DNA of 64,000 nucleotides from Lama guanicoe. Taxonomy: Eukaryota. The position numbers were made by a program, and so were the translations under genes. The number at the start of each line of letters is the position of its first letter. Within the stretch, counting starts at the first letter, position 1. Below the pieces are notes generated by a model. The model worked only from the letters and a program-made list of their open reading frames with translations. It was not told where the DNA came from and made no database searches. Shown here one piece after another: positions 62,146 to 64,000 of this stretch. The stretch spans positions 2,834,324 to 2,898,323 of the forward strand of contig MU053559.1 of NCBI GenBank assembly GCA_013239625.1. The letters run 5' to 3'.

Positions 62146-64000
62146 CCTGGTGAGAGTGTCCTATTCTTTTAATGTGTTTTTGCTTTTAATTAGGATTTTT
62201 AGCAGTTTGGCTGACAGATTTCCCTTTTTGCCCAGGAGATGCTTTTAAGTAGTAGAAATGACAGTGCTTACTAGAGGATTAGATGTGGGGATTGAGGATA
62301 AAGAAGGAGTCAGATGAAACTCGGCTTTGTGACCAGCTAGGGGGATGTTGGTACCTTCTACTGAGCAGGGGAAGACTAGGGGTGGGAGGACCAGACTGTG
62401 TTTAGGTCAACAGTGAGACTCCAAGGGAGGGAGGGGGAGGTGGTTATCAGCGTCACCTCGTGAGCATTTTTAATGGTAAAATACGTTGTAAGCCTCCAGT
62501 TCAAGAGAGTGGACTGTTTATTTCCTATTCCTTCTGACACTCCATTAAAATGATAATAAAGGAATAGGGGGAAAACATATAAGCCAATAACAAAGAAGAG
62601 AGCATGAACAGTCAGGAGTATGTGGCAGGAGTGGGGCATATCAGTGCATGAAGGACTCCAGTAAGTTCCAGGGAGAGGACAGCTGATGGAAGGCTGAAGA
62701 CAGTTGTGATGGGAAAGAGAGCTTGCTGGCCTAGAATTCGTGCAACACAGGCTGCAGGCAAGGACGGCGCACACCCGGAGAGCTGGGAGCCAGCAGGCTC
62801 AGTGGAAGTGAAAAGGACAACCAGATTGCTGCAGAGGAAGTGGTGCCCCCCATCTCTCTCACACTTCACCCAGGATGTCCAGCTGCCAGGCATCTAGTAT
62901 CTAAGCACAATGAGCAACAATAATAACAGCAATAATAATAATAATAACACAACAGAATATTAAAAATTGACAGGTTGCTCTCTAACTACATCTAATGAAT
63001 AATCTGGCCAGGGAAGGGGGAAGCAGGGCAGATGAAGGCAGAAGCAGCATTAAGTCCCACCTGCAAACATGAGGGCATCTAGCATTTAGGGGTCCCCAAA
63101 GCTATAGCCTATTCACCCTAAAGTGGATGAAATTCAGCCAGTCAACAAGACCTATCCAAGTATACGTAGTCCTTAATCCATTTTTCTAGTTCCTCCTTCT
63201 TATGTAGGATAATAAAGGCTTATCAGTCTTTTCATAAAATCTTGCAACCTGCAAAGGAAAGAAATTCACAAAGAAAATCAATGAATGAGCTAAAAATAGG
63301 CTCTAATCATATTTGAAGAGGAAGAGGTGGGGGGGCGTGTTGTGTAACTGAGCAAAATTCTCAACTGTTGTGCCAGTAAGTGAACAGAGAATATCTAAAA
63401 GTGATAAGTAAACAGTGGTAGAAGCAGATTAGTCAGAGATATAAAGATAAACCTCAGAAGATAATCCAAGAGTCAAAGGAGGAATAAATCAAGGTAGAGC
63501 ACCGTGGGAAGGGTAAGATAAACCACTTTAGAGTATTTGATGTTTTAACCATGTGCAAATTTTACTTTAATAAAAAGCATTAGAAAAAAAAAAAGCAGAA
63601 AGCAAAATACATGTAGTCAGGTTCTGCACAGAATGTGCGTGAGTGGCAAGGAGTGGCAGGAGCCTGGCATTCCCAGAAAAGGCTTTCCAGACGACTCTCA
63701 CCTGAATTTCCCCTCTGTCCCTGGGGCTGTGGACCCAGAAAGATGCTGGTCTCCTCCCTGGGGTAATGGTGAAACAGATTCCTGACAGATACTAAGCTCC
63801 TTGAAGCCAAGTTCATATCAACTACCATGTCTTCCCACAAATAAATGTTTTGGGGAGCACAAAGTATAAATAATGGGGGGGCACCAACTGAGGTTTGATA
63901 AGGGCTCATTAACAGAAAGTTAAGATTGTTGAGTTATACACCGGTCTGTAGGCTTTTGGCTAAATTTATAAAAATCAAGCCATCCTGGAACTGGAGTGAG

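Overview
Mammalian genomic DNA, most likely camelid X chromosome: 13 tRNA-Ala-derived Vic-1-like SINEs are present, and the KDM6A-DUSP21 order matches human Xp11.3. The minus strand carries the CpG-island promoter and coding exons 1-2 of KDM6A (UTX) and the intronless phosphatase DUSP21, which here has an apparent stop-loss C-terminal extension and a stop/start-overlapping uORF. Most of the rest is interspersed repeat: L1, MIR, ERV/MaLR solo LTRs, hAT and Tigger elements (including a near full-length Cheshire fossil) and a tailless U2 retrocopy. The most interesting signal is on the + strand at ~24.9-59.3 kb. Short non-repeat islands between the transposons carry AG/GT-bounded, largely phase-compatible exon-like segments with scattered stops and a recurring beta-sandwich-like motif. 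This suggests a decayed multi-exon gene lying head-to-head with DUSP21. I could not identify that gene, and the call is an inference from hand translation. Repeat family names come from recalled consensus sequences, and many repeat boundaries are approximate.
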